Source: Octopus sinensis
Lineage: Eukaryota
Direction: 5' to 3'
Length of the DNA: 64,000 nucleotides
Assembly: GCF_006345805.1 (NCBI RefSeq)
Contig: NC_042998.1
Location: forward strand, 145,266,001 to 145,330,000
Below the pieces are notes generated by a model. It was not told the DNA's origin, ran no database searches, and was given only the letters and a program-made list of their open reading frames with translations. Position 1 is the first letter of the stretch; each line of letters opens with the position of its first letter. A program made the position numbers and the translations under genes. Below, piece after piece: positions 51,841 through 64,000 of the stretch.

Positions 51841-54800
51841 AATTATTAATAATAGTAGGGAATATAAAATTCCAAACTTACAGGGAAAATTCAATTTAGT
51901 AATACTAAATCAAAATTCACAATATACAATATATGTATATAATTAAGAGAAATAACCTCTAATAAGCAATTCAATTGATAGTGAAAGATACTCTAAAAAT
52001 CACTAAATTAAATAAATAATAAATTGACTACGCGCATTTCGTGAATATATCTTTAAATAGATAATAATAAAATCGATACTATTAAAATTACTATTTATAT
52101 TTATAACTAACGTTTGTCGATTGTATTTAAATCTCAATTTCATTAGTTATGGAACTTACAGGTAAGATAGAACCGCTTTTTCGGAATTCATCTCTGAAAG
52201 CTATTCCTATACCATCTAGAAAAGAATATATTTTGAAACTTATTAATAATGTAAAAAATTTATTAATCGGATTAAATGGAAAGCCTACTACAATAATTGT
52301 AGCATATTTAATATTAATTATATAATACAAATTTTAAATCTAGAAAGGAACCTCCGTATAATAGGGAAATACAGGTTTTAGAGGATAATATTTGGAAGGT
52401 GGTGAAAAATATTAAATTTCATAGATGCCCAAATAGGCACAATGAATATTTAAAAATCTAGCTATTAAAATAAAAGAAATGCGAAATATGAAAGGAATTA
52501 TAGTACAATCAGATAAATCTAGGAACCTGTATAAACTAGATGTTAAATTATATTATAATCTATTAGAGAAATAAATAAATAAAAAAATATAAAATTGTTC
52601 CTGAAAATACTGTTTATAATATAAATAAGGCCTCTAAATTAATCATGATGAAATATGAAATATAAAAATGAACCTTATGTACCTATACACCCTAGAATTA
52701 CTTTAAAGGACCAGAAGGATAATTTTTAAACTTATTTGTCCATGTAAATCAGATCTACGTAAATTAAGTAAGATCATTTTAGATAAATATATTAATAGAT
52801 TAAATGAACTTAATTATCTAAAACTTTGGAGTAGTACTAATGATACTTTAAAATGGTCTAATAATACTAAAGATAAAATTAGATATAAATTCATTCAAAT
52901 AGATATAGATAATTATTATTCTTCTACAAATGAGATTGTACTCAATAAGGCCCTAATTTATGCAATGAATAAAGTTGGAATGACTTATGATGAAGTTAAT
53001 GTAGTTGAAGCGGCTAGGAAATCGTTGATTATATATAATAATAAATTGTGGGCTAGGAAGGATACTAGAGACTATTTTGATATACCTATGGGGGCACCCG
53101 ATTCTGACCAGACGACTGATTTAGTAGGTATTTATTATGGGAACTTCAATTAGAAAAATTAAAGTTGGAGGGTGGATTATATAAGGATGGCCTTTTATTA
53201 CTAACTAAGAATTGCACCAATAGAACACTAGAATTATATAAGAAGAAACTATGTAGTTTTTTAAAAGATATGGATTAGGTATTAATATATATATAGAGAA
53301 TTATAATGTTAATTATTTAGATGCTAATTTTAATTTAATAACAGGTAAAACCCAACCATTCCATAAAATTAATGAAAACATTAGATATATTAATGCTAAT
53401 AGTAATCACCCACCCTCAAGTAAGAAATTGTTCGTTGATAGATAATATAGATATTGAGATTTTCCAAAAACACGCACCTTATAATGAAGCACTGTGGGAG
53501 GCAGGATATAATAGTAGTATTAGATTCTTTAATAATTGTAAATATAATTATAATATAAAAGGTTAGATAAATGATTCCTATGATATTTATAATAATAAAC
53601 CTAATATTAAGAATTATAAGTTTTATTTAGTGAATTATAGTTTTAATAATAGGTATTATGATAATACAAAAAATAAATATAATAATAGACTAAAAGAAGA
53701 TAAGAATAAATTTAATTCGTTTAATGATAATAATAAATATAAAAATATAATAAATAAAAATAATGTTAATAATAAGAACAAAATTTGGTTAATTATTCCT
53801 TATGGGGCTCAAGTTAAAACAAACATTATTAAAGAGATATTAAAACTAATTGAAGTATTCAGTATAGATAATAAAAATATAATAACATTTTTCTAGTTGT
53901 AATTTTGGAGTTGGTCATTCTACTACTAATAATGTTGTTAACATTATTTCTTCTTTTAATAGATTTAAGCTGAATACGTTTTACATTAACAAATTAAATA
54001 ATTATTCTATTAATAATAAAGACCAGAATATAATTAATTGTACATGCAGAGTAAGACAAAATGTAAATTTAAAAATAAATTTAATTTGGATGATGTAGTA
54101 TGTAAATGTGTAGTGACTTTCAATGATGATAATATTAATAGGAATAGTTATAATTCAAATGCGATTTACGTAGGGTCGACTTCTAATGAAATTAAATTAA
54201 AAGTGGCTCAACACATGCATTCATTTAAGAATAAAACATTGATTAATTCTACTGGCCTTAGCAAATATATATGGGAATTGAAATCTAAAGGAATTAAGTA
54301 TAATCTAAATTGAGAGATAGTTTGTAAAGCTGAATCTTATCGAATAGGTACTAATTTTCGTTTACTATTTACAAATGAATTTATGGAGATATTGCTATCT
54401 AATAATAAAGAATTGATTAATTCCCAAGAAAATTTAAGTTAAATTAAATATAGACATAAAATAAATTACTTATATAAGTTTAACTATTTTGTGTATATAT
54501 ATATAAACCCTGATTCATGTTACTAATTTATGTATTTATAATTTGTAGCAGTAAAATGAGTATAAATTAGCCATAGATTATATAGTGCATGTACATAACT
54601 AGAATATGATTAAACCAAGGTGTTTATAAAATAAATAGATAAATTGATGACTATAGATTAATTTATCGAAATTTATTTTATGTATTTTACGTATTTTAAC
54701 TTTAAATTATGGAGAATTTAGAATTTTTCCAGTAAATAGTATATTACATCTAGTTTATTTATTTTCACTTCTAAATACATATTATTTTCACAGCTAAAAT

Positions 54801-55235
54801 ACATATTTCTATTTATTTATTTATTCTATAGTTATTATTTACATCATGTTTTTACGTGATAAATTTCTTAGCAACGCTAGGTTCTGTTTTTAACGTTTTA
54901 AATTTTTAGTTAACTGGTATTCTTCAATAAGATAAGATATGATTTTATTTTTCATTTATATTGTTACATTTTATTCGATTATTTATTGTTACGATACGTA
55001 TATTTCTATATTTATTTTTTAAATTATATGTCAAGATACATTTATTTTATTAATTTAGACCTGAAGAGTGGCTATATTTTCAAATCTAATTAAGTTTAAT
55101 AGTATCGATTTAAAGATATAGTCACAAAACGTGCGCAGTCAATTTATTGTTTATTTAATTTAGTGATTTTTAGAATATCTTTCTCTATCAATTGAATTGC
55201 TTAATAAAAGTTATTTATCTTAATTATATATATAT
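51841..55235 (+). mobile_element. Decayed Penelope-like element (RT plus C-terminal GIY-YIG) with inverted pseudo-LTRs, inserted in (TA)n
   Basis: QSDKSRNLYKL, RITLKDQKDNF, FIQIDIDNYY, ARKSL...FDIPMGAPD, NYLDANF, INANSNHPP, NCTCR, IYVGSTSN...GLSKYIWELK; about 51931-52095 is the reverse complement of about 55085-55235. Confidence 0.88.
55057..55140 (+). ncRNA. Mutated type I hammerhead (family B) in the 3' pseudo-LTR
   Basis: AGAC-CUGAAGA-GUGGCUAUAU...AUAUAGUCAC-AAAAC-GUGC-GCA-GUC; G12 and U16.1 are substituted. Confidence 0.7.
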
Positions 55236-55242
55236 ATATATA

Positions 55243-55476
55243 CTCTTTTACTCTTTTATTCTTTTACTTGTTTCAGTCATTTGACTGCGGCCATGCTGGA
55301 GCACCGCCTTTTAGTCGAGCAAATCGACCACAGGACTTATTCTTTGTAAGCCTAGTACTTATTCTATCGGTCTCTTTTGCCGAACCGCTAAGTTACAGGT
55401 ATGTAAACACACCAGCATCGGTTGTCAAGCGATGTTGGGGGAAAACACAGACACACATACATATACACACAGACAT

Positions 55477-55525
<49 letters not shown>

Positions 55526-55683
55526 GACAGGCTTCTTTCAGTTTCCGTCTACCAAATCCACTCACAAGGCTTTGGTCGACCCGAGTCTATAGTAGAAGAC
55601 ACTTGCCCAAGGTGCCACGCAGTGGGACTGAACCCGGAACCATGTGGCTGGTAAGCAAGCTACTTACCACACAGCCACTCCTA
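55243..55683 (-). mobile_element. Full-length SINE family 2
   Basis: Reverse complement of 36126-36594, including the internal (TA)n. Confidence 0.88.
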
Positions 55684-55700
55684 TATTATATATATATACA

Positions 55701-55931
55701 AGGCGGCGAGCTGGTAGAAACGTTAGCACGCCGGGCGAGATTCGTAGCCGTATTTCGTCTGTCGTTACGTTCCGAGTTCAAATTCCGCCGAGGTCGACTT
55801 TGCCTTTCATCCTTTCGGGGTCGATAAATTAAGTACCAGTTACGCACTGGGGTCGATGTAGTTGACTTAATCCCTTTGTCTGTCCTTGTTTGTCCCCTCT
55901 GTGTTTAGCCCCTTGTGGGTAGTAAAGAAAT
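55701..55931 (+). mobile_element. Best-preserved SINE family 1 copy
   Basis: tRNA-like head with B-box GAGTTCAAATTCC; central gaggtcgactttgcctttcatcctttcggggtcgataaattaagtaccag (resembles the Meta-SINE domain from memory, unverified); tail ends gtaaagaaata. Confidence 0.9.
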
Positions 55932-55966
55932 ATATTATATATATATATATATATTATATATATACG

Positions 55967-56300
55967 TGAAGGCGCGTGGCTCAGTGGTTAGAGCGTCGAG
56001 CTTACGATTCTGAGGTTGTGAGCTTGAATCCCGGACCGGGCTGCGTGTTGTGTTCTTGAGCAAGACACTTTATTTCACGTTGCTCCAGTTCACTCAGCTG
56101 TAGAAATGAGTTGCGACGTCACAGGTGCCAAGCTGTATCGGCCCTTGCCTTTCCCTTGGACAACATCGGTGACGTGGAGAGGGGAGGCCGGTATGCATGT
56201 GCGACTGCTGGTCTTCCATAAAACAACCTTGCCCATACTTGTGCCTCAGAGGGTAACTCTCTAGGTGCAAACCCATGGTCAGTGTCTGACCGAAGGGGGT
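55967..56300 (+). mobile_element. tRNA-derived SINE (family 3 head and core, different tail from 10641)
   Basis: gaaggcgcgtggctcagtggttagagcgt...gcttgaatccc...gtgttcttgagcaagacactttatttcacgttgctccagttcactcagctg. Confidence 0.8.
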
Positions 56301-57915
56301 CACTACTCACTATATATACATACATGTATATATGCATTATGATGTCGACTAGTATATTTTGCAAACGGTGCAAATTTTTCTTGAGCAAGTGGGTAATGAT
56401 TCTGAAACAGTCACACGATCCGGATACTTTTTTCAGTTCAAATAGTGAAATTTTTAGCCATTCCCTTCAAGACAAAAAATTCCCCTGGGCTAAGAGAGCG
56501 TTTGCATACACAAGGACAGAAAAACTTACACAGATTAACCCATTTAGGTCACAGCTTGAATCGCTCAAGCAGAGGTAACTCCTTTTCCCCTCTCAGCAAT
56601 GGGCAACCATGTTATGCTTATTACGAATTGAACTGTGATAACACGGAGCAGCGATAAAAAAATAAACAAAAAACATGGGTTTCAGAAGGAAGCCTATTTT
56701 CTACCACATGTTTTATTATTCATTTGTCGCAGGTTCATTTAACTTGGTGATCTTTTCAATAGAACACTCGTAATAGTAGAGGACAGATGTATAACGGAAT
56801 GTTTATATTTCAACATGGTTTCTGGATTTGTTAAGACAGCATTTAGCAAACATGCAACTGAGGGAATTGATTCAAAGACGAATAATGTGTTATTATTGTA
56901 CTCAAAATTAAGGTGGCAATCTGGAAGAATCGTTAACATGCTGGGCAGAATGCTTTGCGGCATTTTGTCTCTCTTTGCGTTCTGATTTCAAATTTCACTG
57001 CGATCGACTTTACCTTTCATCTCTATATGCGTGCATGTATTTGTCCCCCCGTCCACTCGTTGACAATCGGTGTTGGTTTGGTTATGTCCCGTAACATTGC
57101 AGTTCAACAAAAGACACCGATAGAATAAGTACAAGCCTTGAAAAAAAATTCGAGTACTGAGGTCGATTTGTTTGACTGAACCGTTCATAGCGGTGCACCA
57201 GCATGACTGCAGTTAAATGACTGAAGGAACGAAAAGAATGCAACTTTACACCGACAAACACACACATATACACATATATGCATGAAATATTACGCAAGAA
57301 TATTTTCTCATGTACGTAAAATTGACATGCACACACATATGCGTGCACACACACACACACACACGTCCTTACTGCTGTATTCTGCCAAATAACAAAATAG
57401 TCTTCAGATATATGTTTATGTTGGCATAAATCAAAATCCACACGACACTGTCGAAAAACAATCGTTGTATTCCTGTGTATTGCAATTCTTACATACTCTG
57501 CTATGCAAACCCAATAAATATTTGTAGAAAGCAAATAATTCCGATACCATCGCCACACGATGAATATCCTCACTGTAGTAGGTTCGATTCTCAAGAACAT
57601 ATGGTTTTTAGTGATACCCTTTTTTTGAGAAAGATATTAATGCGGTAATCATATGCGTTCCCTTAAATTTATTATTTTCTGAAACAAATCAAGTTAATCC
57701 TTTTCATGGATACTTTTGATACTGGTAATCGATATTATACAATTTCTATGTTTTTTAATGCTTTACACCACGATTCGATCTGTTCGATCTGTTCGATCGG
57801 TTCAGTTCCTGGTTATCTTCATCAAGAACACCTGGATGTCTCTATGTATTATCGGTAGGTGTCTTACTCCTACACAGAAAAATTTTCTTATAAAGGGATT
57901 AAACTTATAACATTG

Positions 57916-58015
<100 letters not shown>

Positions 58016-58022
58016 TTATCTA

Positions 58023-58059
<37 letters not shown>

Positions 58060-58689
58060 GTGTTCCAACGCCCACCTATCCATTTAGCTACCTATATATT
58101 CGTGTATCTTTCTATCTACTACTTATCTATTTATTCATGTATCTATCTATTTATCTGTTCAAATTTTTATCGGTATGTCTATCCAATTTTGCTTCTTCTT
58201 TCCTCCTCCAGATAGATTTCGTTTCACTTAAGGAGAAGATGTTTCCATTGCAGATTATTAATGATACAACCACAAAATCTAAATTGAAAGAAACGTAAAA
58301 CTTTTCTCTTCTTTCTTTATTTATGTGTCTGCAATACCAAATGGTTATATCAATTGAAAAACGATTATTTACTGCTACAAGACATACCTTGATTTCCAAA
58401 ACTTCGATTGGTTTCTCTACACGAATTTTAGATCCGCTATATTCGCTCCTTAGCCGTCTTAAGAATGCCTTGTAAACAAAAACCAACCATTATGTACTGA
58501 GACACTCGCTTCTTTTTATTCTCTTCTCCATCGTTAATCTATAATTGTTAGTTGTTGTACCAAACATGGCTACGAGCTGAGAAGATATTCACTAACAATA
58601 TATCCAGTTTTAATAAAAATGGCCGAAACTTGCAAGTGTAATAAATCTGTCCCATCATTCAACAATTATGGCGCTGTCATGATATTATA

Positions 58690-59420
58690 GAAGGAGGTAG
58701 AGAGGGAGGGTAAAGGGGAGGGGGAGGGTAAAGGGGAGGGTGAGAGAGAGGGCTGAGAGAGAGAAAGAAGAAAGAAAGAGGGAAGGGAGATAGATATAGG
58801 GTGGTAGGTTGAAGGAATGAAAGATGTAGAGAGAACGAGAAAGAAATAGAGAAAGATAAAGGAATGGGTGAGACAGCGAGCGAGGGAGAGAGAGAGAGAG
58901 AGAGTGAGAGATTGAGAGTGAGAGAGAGAGAGTGAGTAAGAGTGTGAGAGAGAGCGAGTGAGCAAGAGAGAGAGGAGAGAGAGAGTAAGAGGGAGAATGA
59001 TAATGAGGTGAGAGGTAGAGAGAAAGAGAGAGAAGAAGAAATGGGTCCTAATGAGAAAGATAAAGTTTGTGTATGTGTGTGTGAGAGAGAGAGAAAGAAA
59101 GAGAGCGAGAAGAGAGAGATGGGAAAAGGTAGATGGGATGTAATAATATAGAGTGAGAGAGGAAGAGAGGGAAACAGAGTGAAAGATAAATGTGAGAAAA
59201 GATAGATGTAATGAGGGTGAAAGGAAAAGAAATAGGGTGAGAGAGAGAGAGAGAGAGAGGAAGACAGAGAAACAGAGACAGACAAATGAGGCGAGCAGCA
59301 GTTGAGAAGAGAGATAATGAGAAAAGTGGAGAAAGACAGAGAGAGACTGGGAGAAACAGAGACACAAATGAAGAGGAAAAAGAGACGAGAGAAAAGAAAA
59401 CGAAAAAAAAAAAGAAACAT
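58690..59420. repeat. ~730-bp degenerate (GA)-rich polypurine tract
   Basis: Nearly all A/G on the plus strand; source of the S/L-rich minus-strand pseudo-ORFs. Confidence 0.9.
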
Positions 59421-59830
59421 GGCTGTTTGTTCGGATTAGTTTCAAAAGCAACAATTTGCAAACATTGTACTCCTAAGGAAACAATATTTCATCGTCTGTC
59501 AATGAGATTGTCCAATAGGAACATAAAGAGGAAAAGAGTTCAAATACATTAGATTCTTTTTAATATAGGCATGCCCTGAAATTTCCTTGCAAAGGACGGA
59601 TGAGGAATGGAAATAAAACTAGGCTTGATAATATGGTTAGCAATGTTCAATAATGTAGCCTATATAATTAGATACATAACATATACCAAATCTTGCAGCT
59701 TTCTTATATTGTATGGTGTTGTACATTTCTTTAGCATGTTCTCTCTATTGCATGAATATAGTTCTGAGGGTAATCATATTATTTGCCAAGATATTATATA
59801 TAGACGCACACAGGTACAAGAGAGTATGTA

Positions 59831-59861
<31 letters not shown>

Positions 59862-59938
59862 ATAAATACATGCGCCCACGCACACAATTATACATATAAC
59901 AGCAAGAAGACTAAGAAATCAACATGTGTATTTGTGTG

Positions 59939-59985
<47 letters not shown>

Positions 59986-60022
59986 ATATACACGCACAGA
60001 AGCACATGCACACACAAACGCA

Positions 60023-60094
<72 letters not shown>

Positions 60095-60268
60095 ATGGTT
60101 ACTAATCGATGGAATAGAAACATATGTATGCCTCTATGAAGCTGTATGTATATATATACATATATAAAGGAATTAAAGGTAATGCTATACTACTTCGTAA
60201 TTATCCTTATTATTATTAATATATATATTCATACATACACACACAAAAGCACATGTACACAACGCACA

Positions 60269-60304
<36 letters not shown>

Positions 60305-60307
<3 letters not shown>

Positions 60308-60455
60308 AGGGGATGGTTAGTCGACTACTTCGACTCCAGTGATGAACTGGTACTTTTTTTTGACGCCGAAAGTGATAAAAGACAACATTTGAGAGGTAAA
60401 GTCTGAAGAAATGTTGTTAAGTGTTTTGTCCGTCGCGCTAATCATTCTGCCGGCT
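60305..60455 (-). mobile_element. Degenerate SINE family 1 copy
   Basis: gttagtcgactacttcgactccagtgatgaactggtactt...gaaatgttgttaagtgttttgtccgtcgcgctaatcattctgcc. Confidence 0.6.
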
Positions 60456-60500
60456 TGATGCGTTTATATGTATATATATGCATACACACACACACACACA

Positions 60501-60552
<52 letters not shown>

Positions 60553-60709
60553 GTATACATATATGTATACATATATGTATATATACATGTATACATATAT
60601 GTATATATACATACATACATATATATATATATAAATATTATTATATATATGTAGACATATACGTATACATACATATACATACACACACACACACACACAC
60701 ACACCACAC

Positions 60710-60747
<38 letters not shown>

Positions 60748-62592
60748 GTTAGAACGATTTAGCGTCGATTTTTCAGCCATATTGGCAAAGAACATTTTTT
60801 CTTTTTGCCCTTATTTATTATTGCATTTATAATTTTCACCTTAATAGGTATTTTTCGTATGCTGGCCACTGATAAAATTTTTTAATAAAATTTTATCCTT
60901 ATATTAGAAGTATATATATCCACTTCCAAGTAAGTTCATCTTCACTTTCTTGATGCGACCCTCTACTCTATACTGTTTTCTTCCTCCATCCTTCTCTAAT
61001 TCCTTTTTTCTTCCCCTCCCTCCTTCATTGTTTTCTATCTGTCTGTCTGCCTGTCTCTCTCCCCTCTTTCTCTTTTCCTCTCTCTCTCGTTGCTTACACG
61101 TGACCATCATACATCTTTCTTTCCTCACGTGACTATCTTTCTTTTCCTGGACGGACGTTCAAAAGAACGTACGTGCTTTTTTTCTCTCTCTCTTCTATAT
61201 TCTCTCTTTTCAGAAAAAAATGTTTCTCACAGCGTTCACTATTTTCCGCTCTTTCTTGTCTAACGACCCTCCATGTTTGTTTTCGTTCGGTTTCCTTGTA
61301 TGTCTCCAGTGTCAAGGTTTTTTTCCAACTTTAATCCTCCATAAATCCTAAATTGTATTTTAGAATTTATGGGAGCAACTGTCTTTGAACACTCATATTG
61401 TCGATGGATGCTCGAAATCAAGAGTAGATAGACAGCCCATACATATTGAGTAGCAGTCGCATATATTATTATTTTAATTCGGCTCTATGCAGTTAAAAGT
61501 TTTGCAGGCCTCTTTACCTAGTTCGTTCAGAGTTAGTTAATCGACCGAATGTACAGGAAGTCCGAAATGGCTACTGAACTCTAAGGTTGCTATTGGTCAA
61601 GGCGGGTCACATGGTATTGCTAGAAGTGAGATCGGTATTTTAGCGGCATTAGTGTGGCTGGACAAGAAGCTGGTGGAACCTTGGTGTCCTATTGGCTTCT
61701 GGAGGGACTAACAGAAGCATGACCGTGTGTGGGCGCTTGCGTGTGCGAATATGTAGGTATATGTGTCAGTTGTGTATATCAGTTGCGTGTATGTTATTGG
61801 TTGCATGAATGTGTGCGTGCGTGCGCAAGCGCACGTGTATGTAAGTACATATATACGCACGCACATCCGCACACATGTACCACTGAAATGATACATACAA
61901 ATACTAATGATCTCTAATCCACTTTGTTCACTCACTAAATGACAGCAATAACAATAACAAGAACAACGGTGTTTGATTCCGGCTTTCAATGAATATGGCT
62001 TGATAAATAGTTGTTCATTTATTTTATAATTTACACAAAAAACATAATATTATCTCCAGATTTGCTTCAAGTAGTTTTGGGTGGACTAGATCTTTTCATT
62101 CATGCTGCAAAAGTGATGTGTTTTAGCAATGAAACTTGGACAATAAGAAAATAGCGTATCATTCGTAATTAATTCTCTCGAATATCCTTAAGAAAGAAAT
62201 ACTTCAATATATATGACTCTACCAAATTAGAAAAGTTAAATTTAGATTACACACACACTCACAGACGCACAAATACACATACACATTTTATATTCACGTG
62301 TTAAATATATAGTGTGTAAATCTTAGTAATATAATTAAAGTTAATTATTAGCCTGTGTACTTGGTTAAGTCAAATACATTTGGAAAATTAACGCGTATTG
62401 AATTAAAGTCTACTTTTCTCTAATGTATGGCATATGAGTACTAAAATTTTCTGTCTGCCTTTATGTCTGCACATACGCACGCGCACATACACACGCGCAC
62501 ACGCATATATATAGTAATCTGTACCTCTTCTCTTTCCCTTTTCTCTCTCACCCTCTGGCACTCTCTGAGTATATATATATATATATATATAT

Positions 62593-62623
<31 letters not shown>

Positions 62624-62670
62624 TAGATTCACATATGCACATATATACATATATACATACATACACATAT

Positions 62671-62743
<73 letters not shown>

Positions 62744-63379
62744 AGTGCATACATAGCCTCTCTGTCAGCTTTATTTTAAACTTTTATGTCCATCCTATCA
62801 TTATCAAACATACAAATAGCCCAATATTGCTGAATAAATGGAATATCACATCAACATATGACTGAATAGTTCGAACACAGTTATTTGCTACAATCCCCCG
62901 CAGTCACACACACACATGTGCACACGTGCACATACACAAACACGTACACTCATACATTTGTTCTTTGTTTATAACCTGTAATTGTATCTTTTATTTCCAT
63001 TTTACCATTATCAAACTGAACATATCAGACTTATCGTCAATTTTCTTCTCCGTCATGTAAGCGTTTATTATCTCAAAAGTTAAACTTTTGTCTGTCACAA
63101 AGCTATAATTACAGAAAGATATATTTTAAAATTATATAATAAATACAGATTTAGATATTCTTAAAAATATATAATTTTTGTTGCTGTAGACAATTCTAAG
63201 GGAATAAATCACCCTAAATATGTCCTAACAAACAAGGAACGAATTATGCCCCCGACTAAAACTTTTCCTCTGTGTATGCGTCAGCAAAAGTTGACATCAC
63301 CGTTTCACACAATTGAAAAATAAAATATCTGTTCATGATTTTATTCTCCATACGTTAGCAAAAGTTCCCTGATTTACTA

Positions 63380-63870
63380 TGGTGACCCAAGCAGGAGTGA
63401 CGTTATCTACGACAGTTAGATCGAAGGTATTGTTTCTACACCAATCTTATTGTTTCTTTGTGTTAGCAAAGATGAAGCGCTCCGTGTTGCTTTCCTGACA
63501 ATATCTATGTTTTGTTGTTTCTGGAGTCAAAGTATATTTGTTAATGTTTCGTTAGTTGCGCAGTGATGAAGGACAATGACCTAAATCTGTACTATTGTTT
63601 AGAGAAAATTTTACGATGGTATCGATGTATCTTTCTAAATGTTTTGTGATTTTGATAGAAGAGTTTGGGGCGGTTTCACTTTATTTTATTGTATTTTTAG
63701 AACTGTAGGGATTTTGCTCAGTTTCCTAAATCTGAGAATTTGGCATTGTTGAAGCAGTTGTAATTGTAGATGCTCTTTATTAAAATGACTCTTTCAGGCT
63801 TTTAGTGCTAACAGATGAAGTGAGTATAATTCCTTCTGGTGTTATGTGCATAAGGCACATGAATAAACAT
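63380..63870 (-). mobile_element. Possible highly decayed CR1/L2-type RT fragment
   Basis: Weak minus-strand pieces IYFDSR and FIFANTKKQ*DWCRNN; no continuous ORF. Confidence 0.3.
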
Positions 63871-64000
63871 ACACAGGACCAATATACAGTCTTCTATGTG
63901 TGTTATGAATGTTGAAGGAGGCCTTATCGAAATTTCCGCTTCCATGCGTCTTCCACCCGCAGTCTAGACATCTTATGCTATATATACACCGAGTTATAAA

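Noticed and set aside
52480-54480. Selenocysteine (UGA) recoding as in Naiad PLEs
   Set aside because: The endonuclease is C-terminal rather than N-terminal as in Naiads, and the ORF is broken by TAA/TAG stops and frameshifts typical of neutral decay.
55967-56040. tRNA genes at SINE heads (also 3510, 10641, 36126)
   Set aside because: A and B boxes are present but no complete cloverleaf, and each continues into SINE core and tail sequence; they are SINE heads.
58190-58480. Possible host exon (polypyrimidine tract and CAG at about 58210; short open frames on both strands)
   Set aside because: No recognisable protein motif, weak donor site and no supporting neighbouring exons; needs RNA-seq.

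Overview
Eukaryotic, AT-rich, repeat-dominated DNA with no host protein-coding gene that I can support. The SINE families and microsatellite load resemble what I recall of Octopus/coleoid cephalopod genomes; this is inference, not a database match. The window contains: (i) at least four tRNA-headed SINE families; (ii) a near full-length R4/Dong-type non-LTR element (RT plus restriction-like endonuclease) and several decayed relatives, mostly sitting in (TAA)n; (iii) an internal RTE fragment, CR1/Jockey-group fragments, a Helitron Rep fragment and mariner/Tc1 remnants; (iv) Penelope-like elements (PLEs) of three apparent types. The main hidden signal is about 15 hammerhead-ribozyme-like (HHR) motifs (CUGANGA...GAAA...NUH) from five repeat families. 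They include one copy with a fully canonical type I core (40762-40881), a tRNA-headed SINE ending in an HHR-like tail, a ~726-bp tandem duplication with one minimal HHR per unit, and a composite in which HHR-bearing inverted repeats enclose a 1.9-kb RTE RT fragment. Most long ORFs in the supplied track are microsatellite artefacts. Coordinates of degenerate repeats are approximate.
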